Source: Amoeboaphelidium protococcarum X5 (Eukaryota; Fungi; Aphelidiomycota). From it: a stretch of DNA of 64,000 nucleotides. Below the pieces are notes generated by a model that had not been told where the DNA came from, did no database searches, and was given only the letters and a program-made list of their open reading frames with translations. The stretch spans positions 646,597 to 710,596 of the forward strand of contig JALDTO010000235.1 in the NCBI GenBank assembly GCA_023515725.1, given 5' to 3'. The first letter of the stretch is position 1; each line of letters begins with the position of its first letter. The translations under genes and the position numbers were made by a program. Below are positions 1 to 12,081 of the stretch, in pieces.

Positions 1-267
1 ATTCTGAAACAAGAGAAACAGTGGTGGTCGGTCGATATCTTGGGGGAAAGAATGAACTCCTTGTCGAATGATAGTTTGCATTGGACATTGATCAGATTAG
101 AATAATCAATAATTCATGAAAAGTCTGTTAGAAACGCGTTCTACTGTGACAATTTCAGCATAAGAGACTGGGGAGAATCCGTACTCGCTCGGATCGGTTA
201 AAAAGATGTTGTCAATGCAATGAGCAACACGGAGAGAAATCAAAGGACGCGTTTTAAGGCGGAATGA
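1..267 (+). CDS. Possible 3' end of an unknown gene (partial)
   Basis: Frame 1 is open from the window edge for 88 codons (TAR=Gln) to TGA at 265-267. No recognisable motif. Confidence 0.3.
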
Positions 268-366
268 AATCCAACTTTTCCTACGACGACCTTCGCTTGA
301 GAAACCAGTTGTTATCAACTCTCTTTATATTCATTCATTCACTCACCTGGTTATTTTTGAACGATT

Positions 367-1035
367 ATGTACTCTCCGACAATGTCGTTACAATCGCTGT
401 GCATTGCGCTGTTACTCTTAATTGCTGTAGTTAATGGTATCACGTTCGACTTAATGGCGCTGCCTGAAGGTGGCATCACTAATGAACGGTGCTTCTCAAT
501 GTACATGGCTAAAGACGTTCTGGTAACTGGCTCATTCACGTCAACACCTGGTCAGTACTAGTCGCTGAATGTTGAATTCACAGATGCTGCGGGTAGTGTT
601 CTGTACAGTAAGAAAGATGCTATTGGTAGTCAGGAGTACAAGTTTAGTTTTACCACTCACGAGTATGCAGATTACATGCTCTGCTTCATTAACAATCTTG
701 CCCCTGGTATCGCTCCTCAGCCATCATATTTTAGAACCATAACTTTCACCACTAAAACTGGACTGGAGGCTGAATAGTATACGCATCCTTCTGATACTAT
801 CAATAAGTTGAAACCGTTGGAGGCTGAGCTAAAATACCTGTAAGATGCCATGTAGACCATCGTGAATGAAATGGAGTATTTGAAAGGGCGCGAGGCTCTG
901 ATGAGAGACACCAACGAATCGACGAATAATCGTGTAAAGTGGTTTAGTGTCGTCAACACACTCATTCTGGTTAGTAGTGGTATCTGGCAGTTGTGGTATT
1001 TGAGAAACTTTTTCCAGACCAAGAAGTTGATGTGA
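367..1035 (+). CDS. ERV25: p24/emp24/GOLD cargo receptor, Erv25/TMED10 (p24 delta) type
   Basis: Signal peptide, GOLD cysteines (ERCFSM...YMLCF), KLKPLEAEL, MRDTNESTNNRVKWFS, TM, C-terminal YLRNFFQTKKLM*. Internal TAG/TAA read as Gln; ends TGA. Confidence 0.9.
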
Positions 1036-1443
1036 GATTATATGCTGACATTGCTATATACATTCTCAGAATTGTACATTCATTTTATTTACCATTCTTG
1101 AATGTGTTATTCTCTTGTACAAACGATTCTCTTATTTTGTACATTGTCTATAAAATGGCGCTCATGTAGACACTAGGTAAGTTCATTATAAGACAGTACT
1201 ATACGAATGTCCACGCTTACTATAAAAAGTGCCCTGTCATTAGAAGGGCTTTTCTCTCTCTTTTCGCCTATTTCAAAGTGGCGCCCCAACCGAGCGCGTT
1301 TCAACTTGAAATCTCGTCGATTTTTTTAGCTTGAGCCCAATACGTAAGTGTCTGGATTTCCTTTAATTTAAAGTATATTTAGATCAACGTTCATAGTCTT
1401 GGTATATTTTACGTGGTTTTAAGCTTGCTTACAATAGTGAATA

Positions 1444-2454
1444 ATGTCTGGCGTGAAGGCGAAAGAATCTGGAGATAATCTCAATATGTTACAGCAGCAG
1501 CAGCAGTAGTAATAATAATAATAATCTACAAAATTGGACCAATCTGCATACGATGAAGTTGGGAACGAGATGTATGAATCCGCAATGTCTCAAGAAGATG
1601 GCTAAGAAGCTATGAAGTTGCCTAGATTCCTAAGATTTCTCAACTGGTTCAACAACTGGCCTCCTTTGGCGCGCACTTTGGTCTATGTTGTGTTTGGCGG
1701 TGTCATCCTGATGATCCCTGCCGTATGTGACTACCTATTCCTGATCGAAGACAAGAGTGTACCTTTTCTGGAACTTTAGTCAAATGCGAACATTGGTGGG
1801 AGACCGATGATGTTCTGGTTCATCGCTCTGACATGTACCTGGGCTGCGTACTTTCTATCGTCGTGGTTATGGTTGACTGTACCTGTCATTGTGTTGCGAT
1901 TGATTGATCTGCTGTTGGGTAAGTACTACGCTCAGCTGGCCAAGCCTAAGCTTGAATACTTTTAAGTGTTGCGACACTACTTGGCTCTAGTGATTGCCAG
2001 TGTTGTATTGAATGCTGTTATGGAAGTCTTGATTATTAGAGGATCTCGTGATGATTATAAAGGAACTCTGGCTAGCGTTTTGAACTGTCTGATCATTGGT
2101 TTGGTGGCATTGGCCATAGAGAAGTTCCTACTACAGTCCATAGCCGTGGGATTCCATAGAACTGCCTATACCGAGCGTATCGTAAAAGCCAAGTTCTCCG
2201 ACTATGTCGTGGAAAGATTGTACGTTGCTGTTCGCAAACGCAGAAAGCAAGGTAGACAGGGCGGAAACAGTGAAAATAGTTCACCGACTTAAATTAAGCC
2301 GTTCTGGACATACGTACCTACACCCGCTATAAGAGGTAGCGCTAACACTCAGGCTAATGATTAACGCGCTGCTCAGAACATATCACCACAGGAAGAGTCT
2401 ATGGAGTTGAAGTACCTAAATCAGGCTGGCAGAGAGAAGAGAACTTCACAATGA
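1444..2454 (+). CDS. N-terminal (multi-TM) half of an Msy1/Msy2-type MscS-like mechanosensitive channel, 336 aa
   Basis: About 4 TM segments, IGGRPMMFWF and EKFLLQSIAVGFHRTAYTERI..K motifs typical of fungal MscS-like N-halves. No EF-hand or pore domain. Own ATG and TGA. Confidence 0.8.
1492..1524 (+). repeat. Poly-Gln tract encoded by (CAG)5 TAG (TAA)5
   Basis: Mixed CAG/TAG/TAA run in frame within the 1444 ORF. Confidence 0.9.
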
Positions 2455-2550
2455 AAATGAAGTTTAAATGTAATTATATAATTATCGTTCATTGGCGACT
2501 CACACAGATAAACGTGCATTAAATTCAATAATTGTCAACAATAATGATAA

Positions 2551-3849
2551 TCATCCAGTCTTGACTTGATCTTTCAGAGCTGAAGAACCCAAAATTTCAC
2601 GTAAAGCCATCACTGCCTTGTTGTGACGCTTTCGAGTAACATCAATATCCTAAAAGTTTCCCTTGTAATTAATTCGCAATAGAATCTTCAACTTTCCATC
2701 AGCGAATCCATTGTTATTGTCTATATGAACAGATACGGTTGGCAGATAATCTCTGGCGTTCATTCTAACAAATTTAGTCACTTCGTCCTCCAACTGCGCT
2801 AACAATTTATCCACCTTGTCAGATTCTGCATATAAAGTGAATGTCTCAGACTAATTAGGACTTCTTCTATAGTTATAGATAACCTTAGTCTGAAGGATGG
2901 CATTCGGAATTTTGGCCAATTTACCTTCAACATGAACCAGGGTGGTACTGTTGAGGGCGATATTCTTCACAGTGTACAACTCTCCATCAACCACAATCTT
3001 GTCACCTACATCAAATGGGTGCAATACGAATAGAAAGAGGATATTCTCCACCACAGTCTTGGCACTGTTACCAATCACCACACCAGATAGGATGATGAGT
3101 GAACCAAAAGTCAACAGGTACTGAGTAAGCGCAACACCAAACACGCTCAGCCAAATGAACAGCACCACAATGAACGTAATTACCAGCAGAAAACTATCCA
3201 AGCGACCAACTACAGTTCCCAAATCTGCAACACCAGTCTCAATAGCCTTCTTCTCATTCAAAAATTGTTCAATCGCAGTCTTCATCTCCTCCTTCTCAAT
3301 ATCACCATTCCCGTTAGTGTCAAATAGTTTGAAAGCCTTGCGTGCTTCATCTGGAGATGGAAAGTAAGGCACAAAATTGTCAATTGTCACCTCCGACTTT
3401 CCAGGCTCGAGCAGGGCATTAAATATGTCATTAGCCAACTTGCGAGCCTGCTGCACAGATTAGACGTCAGTGTCAGATGCTGAACCACCGATAAAAGTAT
3501 TCAATGCGGCATTAGTCACATCACTTAGCACGCCACGCGTTGTTCTCATCACAGAATTGACACCAGTCACCTCAGTCACGGCATTGACGAAACTGAATGG
3601 CTTCTTCAGTAGATCCTTGGCACTATTCTGCTTCTTGTTACCACCTTTAGACGACCCGGACTTACTCTGTTTAGCACCACTCGACTGACCACTCTCAGGA
3701 CTCAGCGCATCCTCAGAAAATGACACCATGGCAGGATTCTTGCGACGCTGCGAAGGCGGAGATTGCTCAACTGCACTACTACCCACATTGATGAAGTGTT
3801 CAAAACTGTTTGAATTATTCAAATTCTATTCAGACTGATTTCCGCTCAT
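2551..3849 (-). CDS. C-terminal half (EF-hand + MscS pore domain) of an Msy1/Msy2-type MscS-like channel, 432 aa
   Basis: ARKLANDIF, EF-hand AFKLFDTNGNGDIEKEE, TMs, FLFVLHPFDVGD, IPNAILQTKVIYNYRRSP. Continuous frame from ATG 3849 to TGA 2551 with TAR=Gln. Confidence 0.88.
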
Positions 3850-4054
3850 TATTTCGATTTAGAATCTCTTCTTATGACAAAATTATAGTGAGCGAACGGA
3901 ATATGACCAAAATTGTACACTACAACGTAATGAATCGTGGTGTTATATGAGACGGGCTAGTAGGCGATCAATAGTGCGCGATGCAAAGTAAAGATGAGGC
4001 TGAAACATCACTCGGCCAATCAAAGCTTAAAGTGGAACGTTAACGCAAGCCGCT

Positions 4055-5761
4055 TCATCCATTTGAGAAGTATAACGTGTAAAGTGTAGTAATGAAATGT
4101 TACGAAAAGACCATTAGAGGAAAGTTTTATTATTATTAAATGAAAATGGCAGAAATCACGAGACACATGTTGACAATAACGACTATAGCAGTGACAACCC
4201 ATGAGAGATAGAGCATGTAACCCGTTACGGCGAATTCTTAATTCAACGACTGAGTTTGAGGATTATTATCTTGTTCTAGATTTAGATACTACTCACTCGT
4301 TGCCAATATTCCAGATAGCCAGCTAAATCTGGTACTTAACCGCAATGAACGGCCACCACTCATAATTTCTTTACTGCTGACAAAGAGGTTGAGTGGTATG
4401 AGAGCGAATGGTAGTTGACAACTCAATATCACTTGAGATATGACCAAGAGTCTATTCAGTCCATTTTGTCCATATAAAAGCACAGTTATGAGAGCAGGTA
4501 GTATAGCGCACACTCTAGTAAATAATCGCCTAATCACTGGCTTTAATCTCAGATTAAGAAATCCATTCATCACCACCTGACCGGCAATTGTGCCAGTTAT
4601 TGTACTACTTTGACCGCTGGCTAGAAGAGCAATAGCAAACAAGGCCGCTGCACCACTCCCAATGTATTTCTGCAAACTAGCGTGAGCATCTTAAAGTTCA
4701 GCCACTTGCGATGGATCCTTACGAACATCTGGATTAGTATAAAAGGCAGATGCTCCGACTATGAGAATAGTGGCATTAACAATAAACGCGAACACAAGAG
4801 CAACAACCATATCAAATGTGGCATATCTCAGAGTGAGTCGCACGGAATCTTGGAAATTATTACCCGCAGGAGAAGGACTAGTCTCAATAACTGATGTCTG
4901 CACATCTAGCTCAATGTCATCTATACCATCTATAATCTACATACCATCACCATCACCACTCACAGAATCTTCGTGAACCAAGTGTTTATTCTAGCATATT
5001 GACGAGTGCAAGTATAAATTATGAGGCATAACCGTAGCTCCCATTATTCCAATAGCAATTAAAAGGCGCTCGGTCTGAGTGAACATTTATACAATATTAA
5101 GAGGATTAAATCCAGATAGTACGGATATAAAATCAGGTTTGGTATAAAACAACTATGCCATGAAACATATACCAACTACCAAGACAAGTACGAATATAAC
5201 TCCCTCATAAACCCGCTAATATTACGATCCCCACCAGCGAAGAATTAAAAGAACATCAAGAGCAGTGATAAGAACACCCCATTCGAGTGGAAGTCCAAAT
5301 AAAAGATTCAATGCAATGGCACTACCTATAACTTCCGCAAGATCAGTAGCCATAATAGCAATCTCTGTAAGCACATAAAGAACGATATTGACCGGTCGAT
5401 TAAACACCAACTTGCACTGCTAAGCCAAATCCCGCCTTGTCACAACTCCCAAAAGGACGCAATGTGACTAGAAGAACATCGCCATCAGAGAAGTCAGAAG
5501 AACGATACATAAATGAGTATAGCCAAATTTGGCACCGGCACTAATATCAGTTGACCAATTACCCGGGTCCATATATCCCACAGCAATCATATAAGATGGA
5601 CCAATGAATTAGAACAGCGACTTCCAACTGGATTTACCATCGTAAATAACATTCTATGTATGGTCATGATTTTTCGTCGCAGCCTCTAACTGTGTTGCGG
5701 AGCTGTCAACGAAGAACAACTAATGAAGCTTCTGTACCAAATGCTGAAATTATCCAGTCAT
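4055..5761 (-). CDS. NRAMP-family divalent metal (Mn/Fe) transporter, Smf-like
   Basis: [76 protein letters not shown]. The 3' end is uncertain because four TAA codons follow the last TM before TGA 4055. Confidence 0.93.
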
Positions 5762-6152
5762 TTCTTACTCGCCCATTAATACTAGAATTTATAAATAGTG
5801 CTTTTCTCAATATAAACTCTAAACTTCAACAACAACGTATCAAATATGAATGAATTAAACTTTTCTTCGCGAAGAAGAAACAGAAGTCTCTTCTGAGAGG
5901 GAAAGCCTAGGAGGCGCGATCAACAGAACTTAATACACGTTCAAGTTTTGCATTGAATACTCATAGTGATAATGACAATTAAAAAAAGATTGTATATTGC
6001 CAGTAAAAGTCATCTTCCAATAATTGAATATAGTTGAGGAGAGAGAAAATATATGCAGGTATCATCATTAGATCAAAATTATCACGAAAAAGGCAAATAA
6101 TACGATCGACTTTCGTAATCATCTAAATGCATTCAATACAGTAATATTCAAT

Positions 6153-6599
6153 TCACTTTCTAGACTTTTTATCACTATTATTACCCGTATTCAAACTGTC
6201 AGATTCATCCGAGACTTCATCATCGTCTGACTTCCTCAACAGCTGAGCTTCTTGTTTAAGAACGTTCAATTGTCCAAGTTGCTCGTCCGAGAAGGAACTC
6301 AGCCTCGCGCCAATGCTCATTCCAAGTGTACTATCAGATGACTCTTGTCTATTATTGTTACTATTATCATTGGCATTTGTAGACAATTTCAGTTATTATT
6401 CTAATGTGCGTGCATAATTAGACCATTCATTTAGAAATGGTGGTACGAAGGCTGGATCACATTCTTTATGTCGCCTGAACTCATCCTTTGCATACTGATC
6501 ACCAAGATACTTCATGGCAGGTGGAAGTTGGAGGTGCAATCTCAGAATCTTGGCGTACAATTTCAATGCAGGCGTCTTTACTCTCTTTTTCAGCACCAT
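6153..6599 (-). CDS. SDH7: Succinate dehydrogenase assembly factor 3 (Acn9/Sdh7, LYR family)
   Basis: LYAKILRLH..LP..MKYLGDQYAKDEFRRHK...FLNEW..Y and SDEQLGQL. Two ORF-track fragments join through TAA TAA=QQ. Confidence 0.9.
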
Positions 6600-6829
6600 A
6601 CTTTTTATTATAATAATTGTATCAGTATTTTTATACTCTCAGTCAGACTGCCTTTATATCTATCTCTTGGGCGCGAAACGTAATGAATTATTTCATCAAA
6701 GCATTCAGAAAACGTTTCTCCGTCTGAATCGCTGGAATCTCTTTGTTTCAAGTTTTGTTGCTTTTTGTATTTAAAACTTGGTTAGTCATTTTTAATTTAG
6801 GCAATCTGTTAAATAAAATTAGTCAAGCC

Positions 6830-7986
6830 ATGAGCAGTGTAAGCATTTTACTATTGTTTTGATTTAGCGATGGTATACGTTATATATTCTGGGTGTGTAG
6901 TCGATGATTGAAAAGACGTTTAGAGAGTATGACAGTGGAGCGAAAGGTCATTTGAATGTGGGAGAGTTTTGTTAGCTATTGGCTGATATGGATGTCGACG
7001 GTGCCCGCTTTTAACAATGCTTTGATTACATGCTCTCTGGTAATAGTACTAGTGCGAATGTCCTTGATCTTTCTGCATTCAAGAAAGGCTTCGTTAATTT
7101 GTACTTTTGGAAATTTCAAGTTCCCGAGAGCTATAGAAAGTAGAATGCTGCTGCTGCTCCGTCTGTAGATGTAAACGTCAAGTCTTTAGTCTCTAATAAC
7201 AATTTTGTTATTGATGGCAATGTCGTTCGCCTGATCAAGTTGGTGGACATCGTTGCTCAAAAGAGCGCCGTTTAGAGTGTAGCGGTACCTGATGAGAAGA
7301 CTGTCGCTGCACAGAGTGTCGCCGTGGACAAGGTCTCTTAAGATGGCTCACCTGCCGTTGTTAAATAAGCTTCAACCGAACAGCAACAAGTTCCAAGTCA
7401 AACCAAAGCCGAGACTTCTCCTTAAGCCTAAGCGATTGCACCAGCTGCAATTTAAGCTCAACCTGCGGTGTCTCAAACTGCAACTGCTTCCGTGCCTGTC
7501 GCTGCTGGTCGCCCGTCATTGAGCTCATCGTCGGCAGCGGCGGGTAAGACCGGTGTCAATGTTATGCCTGCTTCTCAGACGGTTATCACTCCGGCGGGAT
7601 TGACCAGAAGCACGTCGATGAGAAGAAATGATGGAGCGGGAGGTGGATTGACAAGATCCACTTCTACTAGACGTCCTTAACAATAACCAGGTTAGATTCA
7701 GGTGGGCGTTGCTGGTGCCGCTCGTGGAGGTTAGCCTAACTCTGCTCCTGCTACAGCTCTGCCTCTTGCTGGAAGTTCTGCCACCACTGCTGGTGCTCAA
7801 GTTGGCAATGATCCGGATTGGATGAAAAAGGTTCTTGAGCAGAAGATTATCGAGGCCACTGGTATTGGTAAGAAGGATGACTAAGCTGCCATTAACAAGG
7901 ATCCTACTTGGATGGCGCAATTAAAGAAGGAGTCTGCACCTAGTCCAGTAAGAAAGGATTCTACTGGAAAATCGGAAGGGCAATGA
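6830..7986 (+). CDS. Unknown protein with N-terminal EF-hand-like region and Ala/Ser/Pro-rich tail; intron 6839-6900
   Basis: ATG AGC AGT|GTAAGC...TGTAG, then FREYDSGAKGHLNVGEF (EF-hand-like), long open frame to TGA 7984-7986. Confidence 0.7.
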
Positions 7987-8333
7987 ATGGGTATATATGC
8001 TGCAAATATATTTTGTTAAAAATCTGTTAGGCTGAAACTGGTATGACGCGTTTAAGCACTTACTAGCTCTTCTTATTAAATCAAAAAACTTTTTATACCT
8101 CATATTTATTCACTCTCCAACCTCGAACTCAACATCATCGACAATCTAAGCGGCATACTTATAGCTTTTCACTGCCCGGCTATTCCGTTTGTTTCAAAAC
8201 TTCTATGGGTGCCTTGCTTGTTATTACTCAGTCTTAACTCATTCGTAGTAGTTTTAAACTAACTGGTCATGATATGGTAACGAGATCTCATTAATATTGA
8301 CAGCCATATAACTTCTATTTGCTTAATGCATCG

Positions 8334-8574
8334 ACCATAGCCAAACTGCTAGGGGGTCGCGTGTTGACCATAGCAGTTCTGCTAGGGGTGCCTTTTTGGA
8401 CACAGCAATGTTCCAACTCATTCGAAATTAACTTGTGCTGTTTAATTGAGATGTAATTGAGAGATATAAGTTACTTTGAGAACATTTAGACTTCTATCTT
8501 AAGCAGAGTGGAACCATAGCCAAACTGCTAGGGGGTCGCGTGTTGACCATAGCAGTTCTGCTAGGGGTGCCTTT
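8334..8574. repeat. Perfect 62-bp direct repeat (8334-8395, 8513-8574); each copy holds two CCATAGC-n-TGCTAGGGG units
   Basis: ACCATAGCCAAACTGCTAGGGGGTCGCGTGTTGACCATAGCAGTTCTGCTAGGGGTGCCTTT occurs twice, 179 bp apart. Confidence 0.95.
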
Positions 8575-9157
8575 CTCAATTAAAAGGCAAAAGTGTCACT
8601 GAACTGAGGCTCTAGCTTGCTTCCGATGGACTATTTGACAGAGAATTTATTAGACAAATGCGCATCAATTGCTTTGGAGTTGTCATCTTCTTATACATAG
8701 TAAAGCAGAACGTTGATTACCTTTATAAAGACTACTAGAAGCAATGCTCGCACGCAAAGGGGTGACCTACTTTAAGAGTAAATTTTCAGAGCTGCCTCCT
8801 AAATATTTTATGCATAAGCACCGTACAGGCTAGAATCAGGCGTTCAAAATCAGCACCGAAATTTCTCGTGGCTCTATATATTAAATACCAGCGGTTCTTA
8901 CACGCGGAACGTAATAATGCGAAAAGCCATAGATGTTACACTGGATAGAAAATGATAGCCGTTTTTCTTTTGGAGACTTCCAGCCGTTGGAGATGATTAT
9001 ATCGCTTAGTTTTTTATATGGTTACAAAACCTCAATAAAACAGTAACGGTGAAGATGCTCTTGACGTTTATATAGTATGTGCTGTATTGCTTAAAAATTT
9101 TTTCCAATTAATTGAAGCGACTTACTTAATTTTAACAGTGTATTTAAATAGGATTTA

Positions 9158-11503
9158 TCATGATTGATTATCACCATCATTTTATGACATTAATGATTTG
9201 AACAATCTGACAAGCCTTTTCCCAGCCGGTCTAGAACTTCCTTTAGTACTACCGCCACCATCGACATCAGACTACCTGTCGTAACTAACTCCCCATTCAA
9301 TTTCGAAATCAATCAGACCAAGATCATCGCTCAGAACTCCAGTTGGTTCAGCAGTGTACAGATCTTAAGCATTTGCTCTTTTTGGATATGCCAATGAGAG
9401 ACCAATATTACGCGGAATTGAGTTTACCGAATGTATGCTCGATGCACGTTCAACTCTACCTAAAGAATCTTTGGACTTTGCTTTAGTCTGCGGTATGATA
9501 TGATTATGAGAATCATCCTTCTCTTCACTCTTGGGCTTCAATGGACATATTGGCATTATGGTAGATTTAGCAGGTATTAAATCTCGGGCCTCTTGCTTCT
9601 CAAAGAGATCGTAAATATAATCCAAAGACTATTCCAGACAAGATTTAAACCATTTAACACGCATATTTTTATAGTTATTGACAAAGTACTGACTTTGATG
9701 AGCAGTTGAAGACTCCAAAGTAGGCACCACATCACCCACAAGACCAGCAATATTAAACATGAAGCGATCCTCCCTTACCATATACGCTACACCGTAACCG
9801 TCAGGTACAACCTCTCCCCAGCCATATCCTTCAAAGTAATCTGATGGGATCTACGATGTAGATAATGTCCAGTGACAGGATAGATTATACACAGGATCGA
9901 GAAAGAAGGCTGGCATAGCTTCGTTTTCTTTCAACGATAGTCGGAGACCAAGAAAATGGCGATCTATACCATGGCCTAGAAGGCAGTCCACCATGTACTT
10001 TGAATGAGTCTATACGGCATCTCTAAACAAGATAGCCTTCTTGGAGTAAGAGATATTGTTATCCGAAAAAGCCTGACAAAATTCAACGGATTCTGCCGAG
10101 ACACTTCTGCAAGTCTCCGTTCGGCCCCATTAGAACTTTTTCATTCCAGCACTTTCATACGTGGCACAATTAGAGCTGTACATCAAGAAGTATGCATATT
10201 ATATCGCCATCTATAAGAAGGAATCAGGTGACATGAGCAACTTTTTCACGAATCCCTTCCCGTATCTTTAATAATTTAGTACTTGGACATCATGCTCTTG
10301 GACGTGCTTCTTCAAACACTGCACAGAGTCTTCGACAGCTTTAGATAGCTCAGGAGGACATTATATATTTAATGGAGACACGGATGGAAGTTTAACACCA
10401 TCAGACGTTTAATAAAGTGGCTATTTAATGTACGTAAGAGACTACTGACAGATGTAATCACACAGTCTTGCGGGAGTGGTAGCATCAAACATGCTGTGTT
10501 CACCCAGAAACCCAGCTCTGCCATTGCCGAATACAATAAACTACAAGCTCTTATCAAACCATCTATTGACCCCATAGTTATGCCAACACAAGTGTGAAAG
10601 CTCCACTCTATCAACAGGCCAACTATCCATATCCAAACAGATAAGAAATGAGCAACTCTACAGCTTTCTAATCTCCCCTCGATTCTTGGATATCAAAATC
10701 TTATAATTCTTGGCCCATTCATCGCGATGACCTGAACTTAAAGCTCCCACTGAAGATGACTGAGATGGATTACCATTTGATATTATCGATGTTAGGACTT
10801 GTGCAAATTGCTCTGGCTGATAAACAGATCCGTCAGCATTAACTTCATCAACTATGAAATATTAACCGTGGTAGGCCACAGCAAAACATCTGTGCAACTT
10901 GGGATCGAATACCTCCACATAATCTTAACCTTCATTGGGGATGCGACAGGCATTATACAAATAATGATATTAAACCATAGACAGAGGATAAGTCTTCACC
11001 ATTTCAGGAGGGAGCGACTGGTCAATGATCATCTACTTGAACTTGACAGCATGGTAACAAATCAATGAAGCTCTGGTCAAAGGGTCGAAAGCATTATAAT
11101 CAAACACAAAGAAGAAGGACACATTCAGAACCACAGACTCCCGATACTTGAGATATGAGTACATGTTCCACCAGTCAATCAACCAACTGGGCCGAGTCGG
11201 TCGATCATTATCATCTGCAGAACGACTCGGCAAAACTTCAATATCTCTACCATCGGGAGTATAATAGGAATACTCAATCTACCAATCAGTAATCTATGCA
11301 GCCTGCTTCTACCGTTCCTCCAATCTACCTTAGAGGATAGAGGCAATATTGCTCTGCAAAAAGTCTGTGGCCACCTGCTGAACTCGATCATACTCTTTCC
11401 CACTCAAGAATGGCTTCACAGTCTTCAAGTACTTGGCAATAGTCTGATCCAATGGTGGAACAGGTAATTGAGGCAGAGTACTATCATAGTGGAAAGTTGA
11501 CAT
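9158..11503 (-). CDS. Carnitine O-acyl/acetyltransferase (Cat2/Yat1 family), 781 aa
   Basis: TFHYDSTLPQLPVPPLDQTIAKYL, SWLIDWWN, NRWFDKSL, GFLGEHSMFDATTP, TYESCATKSAGMKKFQWGRTET, GHGIDRHFLGL, GYGWGEVVPDGYGVAY. Confidence 0.92.
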
Positions 11504-11890
11504 TTTATAATCTTTAATATAACACCCAGACTATTAAGGATGTGCTGAATATTTAGCGTAAAGTTTCCTTAGCAATCAAGCAGAAGAAGAAAAGGAATAG
11601 AACGCTGCCTGTTTCACTTGATCTGTATCGTTCATGTAGAAAGCATCACTAGACATACTAACTGAAGTGTAGATTGCTAAAATGTTTATATCATATGAGG
11701 GAGTTGAATGAAAACGAAATCCCAGATTTTTCAGAAAACGAACTCTCAAAATCGTACTAACTTTGGTGAATACCTTGAATATAGCAATGAGATTCTTTGT
11801 ATAGAAACATACGGTTAGAAACAGAGAACAAATCTCCAGACAGTCTGAAACCAATTGATAAAATCTTCATTTAATTTAAGCTGTCCTTTG

Positions 11891-12007
11891 ACGCGTAAAG
11901 TGTGGCTTACAACGTTTCAGCATTCAGTACTCGTTCAATTTCCTGTTTCACTTCGCCTCTCTGTTTTATCGTTTCTCTCTCTCACTGTACTAAAGCGGAG
12001 AACGCGT
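11891..12007. promoter_or_regulatory. Two MCB-like ACGCGT elements upstream of SMC5
   Basis: ACGCGT at 11891-11896 and 12002-12007, within 200 bp of the ATG at 12082. Confidence 0.4.
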
Positions 12008-12081
12008 CTCTTCTCCTCTTTATTGAATCAGCTTGTCTTGCACTTACACCGTTATACATTGCTAAAAAATACCGCTCAGTC

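Noticed and set aside
8334-8574. CRISPR-like array
   Set aside because: Only two long copies (four short units) with identical rather than unique spacers, no cas genes, eukaryotic context.
8626-8955. 109-aa ORF after the repeat
   Set aside because: With a single stop codon such ORFs arise by chance; overlapping frames are similarly open and no motif is recognisable.
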